Positions 62,157-64,000 of a stretch of 64,000 bases of DNA are shown here, one piece after another (position 1 is the first letter of the stretch; every line of letters starts with the position of its first letter). Under the pieces are notes generated by a model that worked only from the letters and a program-made list of their open reading frames with translations, was not told where the DNA came from and did no database searches. Source of the stretch: an uncultured Pseudomonadota bacterium (GTDB taxonomy: Bacteria; Desulfobacterota; Syntrophorhabdia; Syntrophorhabdales; CAYQXL01); the NCBI GenBank assembly GCA_964651435.1, contig CAZYVU010000010.1, positions 11,392 through 75,391 on the forward strand. The letters are read 5' to 3'. A program made the position numbers and the translations under genes.

Positions 62157-63779
62157 TAGGAGCCTGTCGGACTTTTCCCGTCCAATAACCATCGTAATAG
62201 GTTATAATCATTCATCTTTAAAGCAACTACCCCCAGGAGCGTACGAGAATGAGTGTGCGGTTTGTCGACTGCGATCGAGCCACCCCCTACTTACTTCCTC
62301 CCTCACTGGAAGACTGGCTGCCCGAAGGCCATCTTGCCAGGTTTGTGGTGGAGATTGTGGAACGCCTTGACCTTCGTTCAATACGAGACTCCTATACCGG
62401 CCGGGGGTCTTACCCCTACGAGCCTGCGATGCTCGCAGCGCTGCTTTTCTACGGCTACGCAATGGGAGTGTTCTCCAGCAGAAAGCTGGAGGCGAGCACC
62501 TATGATTCTGTTGCATTCCGGTACATTGCCGCCAACAGTCACCCCGATCACGACACCATCGCCAGTTTCCGGAAGAGATTCCTGCCGGAACTGGAAAGCC
62601 TCTTTACGCAGATCCTTGCCATTGCAGGACAGATGGGGGTTCTCAAGCTGGGGGCCGTGAGTCTCGATGGCACGAAGGTGAAGGCAAATGCATCCAAACA
62701 TAGGGCGCTCAGTTATGGTCATGCGACCGTGCTTGAGGAGCAATTGAGGGCTGAGGTTGCCGACCTGATGCGACGGGCGGAAGCTGCCGACGAGACGGAC
62801 ATTCCCGACGGCATGAGCATTCCCGAAGAGCTGGCCCGACGGGAAAAGCGGCTCACGGCAATTGCCCAAGCGAAGGCCGAGATCGAGCGACGGGCCCAAG
62901 AGCGCCATGCCGCTCAAGCGGAAGCCTATGCGAACAAGGTGGCCGAGCGGGTGAAGCAGGAGCACGCTACCGGCAAGAAGCCTAACGGTCCGGCGCCGCA
63001 GGCGCCCCTTCCGGGCCCTACCGCCAAAGACCAGGTGAACCTGACCGACGGCGAATCGCGGATCATGCCCGCATCGAACGGCTTCACACAGGCCTATAAC
63101 GCCCAGGCTGCTGTGGATGTGGGTTCCATGCTCATCGTTACCGGACAGATAAGCCAGCACCCCAATGATAAACAGGAGCTGAAGCCGATGCTCGACGCCA
63201 TTGCCTGCCTGCCCGATGCGCTTGGCGCAATCGGCGTCCTGCTTGCCGACAGCGGTTATTTCAGCGAAGCGAACGTGGCGGGCTGCGAAGCAAGGAAGAT
63301 AACCCCCTACATCGCCCCGGGCCGTGAAGCCCACAATCAGTCACTCGTGGAACGATTTACCGAACCGCCCCCCATTCCCTGTGAGGCCGATTGCGTCACT
63401 ACGATGCGACACCGGCTCAAGACGGCTGCCGGCAAAGCGCTCTATGCCCTCCGGAAGAGCACGGCGGAACCGGTGTTCGGGATTATCAAATCGGTGATGG
63501 GGTTCCGCTCTTTTCTCCTGCGTGGTGTTACGGCCGTGAGCGGCGAATGGAACCTGGTATGTATCGCCTGGAACCTGAAGCGGCTTCACGCATTACAGAG
63601 GTAAGAGGAAGTAGATGAGAAGCTCTTCACCAAACACCGCCTACTCTACGGCAGCGAGCAGCGGGCTGAAACAAATGGGGAACAGATGACCGGCACAGAA
63701 GGTGCGCGCGCTCCTTTTTTGAGACGATGACAGTATTCCTGGATGGAGCTATCAAGACTTCAAGTCCGACAGGCTCCTA
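62157..63779 (+). mobile_element. IS1182-family (IS5-like DDE) insertion sequence, apparently intact
   Basis: 18-bp terminal inverted repeats TAGGAGCCTGTCGGACTT (62157-62174) and its complement (63762-63779) enclose a single transposase ORF. Confidence 0.85.
62249..63604 (+). CDS. IS1182 family transposase
   Basis: The N-terminal LLPPSLEDWLPEGHLARFV..YTGRGSYPYEPAMLAALLFYGY..SSRKLE is characteristic of IS1182/IS5-type transposases. The C-terminal DDE region has LADSGYFS and EPVFGIIK. Confidence 0.9.
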   Translation: MSVRFVDCDRATPYLLPPSLEDWLPEGHLARFVVEIVERLDLRSIRDSYTGRGSYPYEPAMLAALLFYGYAMGVFSSRKLEASTYDSVAFRYIAANSHPDHDTIASFRKRFLPELESLFTQILAIAGQMGVLKLGAVSLDGTKVKANASKHRALSYGHATVLEEQLRAEVADLMRRAEAADETDIPDGMSIPEELARREKRLTAIAQAKAEIERRAQERHAAQAEAYANKVAERVKQEHATGKKPNGPAPQAPLPGPTAKDQVNLTDGESRIMPASNGFTQAYNAQAAVDVGSMLIVTGQISQHPNDKQELKPMLDAIACLPDALGAIGVLLADSGYFSEANVAGCEARKITPYIAPGREAHNQSLVERFTEPPPIPCEADCVTTMRHRLKTAAGKALYALRKSTAEPVFGIIKSVMGFRSFLLRGVTAVSGEWNLVCIAWNLKRLHALQR

Positions 63780-63896
63780 TCAACAGGCTCTTACATCATT
63801 ACCCCAAGCAAGGTAGATTACAGCTTTAGCCCCTTTAGTCTGACTGTACCAATAGAGGACAGGAGCGTGCTGGGACAAAGATTTGTAGGGAATTGA
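63780..63896 (+). pseudogene. C-terminal fragment of a carboxypeptidase-regulatory/Big-like domain protein, cut by the IS
   Basis: The frame opens at the IS boundary and reads S-TGSYIITPSKVDYSFSPFSLTVPIEDRSVLGQRFVGN-stop. The pattern GxYxITPSKxGYxFxP is typical of such beta-sandwich modules. Confidence 0.4.
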
Positions 63897-64000
63897 AGAA
63901 AGAAGAGCTCTTTGGTTTTGCCGGTCTCTATAATCACTGGCACACTCCCGACGGCAGCGAAATCTCTACCTGTACCATCATCACCACGGAAGCCAACGAG
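63897..64000 (+). pseudogene. SOS-response-associated peptidase (SRAP/YedK) internal fragment, 5'-truncated, runs off the window
   Basis: KKEELFGFAGLYNHWHTPDGSEISTCTIITTEANE matches the mid-protein FAGLW..W...G....T.TIiTt.aN block. The N-terminal catalytic Cys region is absent upstream. Confidence 0.45.

Overview
This is a 64-kb GC-rich bacterial chromosomal segment. The gene content (UGA/selenocysteine recoding, Tat export, Moco and radical-SAM enzymes, TolB/TPR/lipoprotein signals) suggests an anaerobic Gram-negative organism, possibly deltaproteobacterium-like. The taxon cannot be fixed from this sequence alone.

Layout:
(i) 0.4-21.8 kb is one minus-strand, tightly coupled surface-glycan cluster with several ATGA/GTGA start-stop overlaps. 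It holds GT2, Fcl, a WecB/WbpI-like epimerase, RmlD, GT4, two HDVD-motif deacetylase-fold proteins, an ATP-grasp ligase, a complete NitT/TauT-type ABC importer, a methyltransferase, a Wzx-like flippase, WbpE/WbpD/WbpB homologues, an LbH acyltransferase and a Wzy_C-TPR fusion.
(ii) 22-30.7 kb holds a TolB-like propeller, a TPR lipoprotein, a three-subunit xanthine-dehydrogenase-family Moco enzyme, a SYLF protein plus a radical SAM protein, and a BASS-like permease.
(iii) 31.0-38.6 kb is one 2518-aa secreted protein built from four 7-bladed RCC1 propellers and 13 Ig-like modules.
(iv) 38.6-54 kb holds mixed genes. These include an exported MsrA whose catalytic residue is encoded by in-frame UGA, a Csp, a PAS-GGDEF protein, a Pif1-WYL helicase, and an orphan ModA-like binding protein behind a ModE-box-like palindrome.
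(v) 54-64 kb is a mosaic. It has a Cys-periodic peptide gene, a duplicated 114-bp promoter-bearing repeat bracketing a Tat-signal EutB-EutC fusion plus a periplasmic amidohydrolase, a tRNA-fMet 3' remnant, an integrase remnant, MltF, an IS1182-family IS and gene fragments.

The most unusual non-genic signal is a 25-nt core motif (TTGACAATTGAAGATGTGACCCCGG). It occurs eight times in the first 24 kb and nowhere after. It sits at gene boundaries and is read in-frame inside two genes. I do not recognise it as any known repeat family.

All functional calls come from motif recognition by eye. No database search was run.
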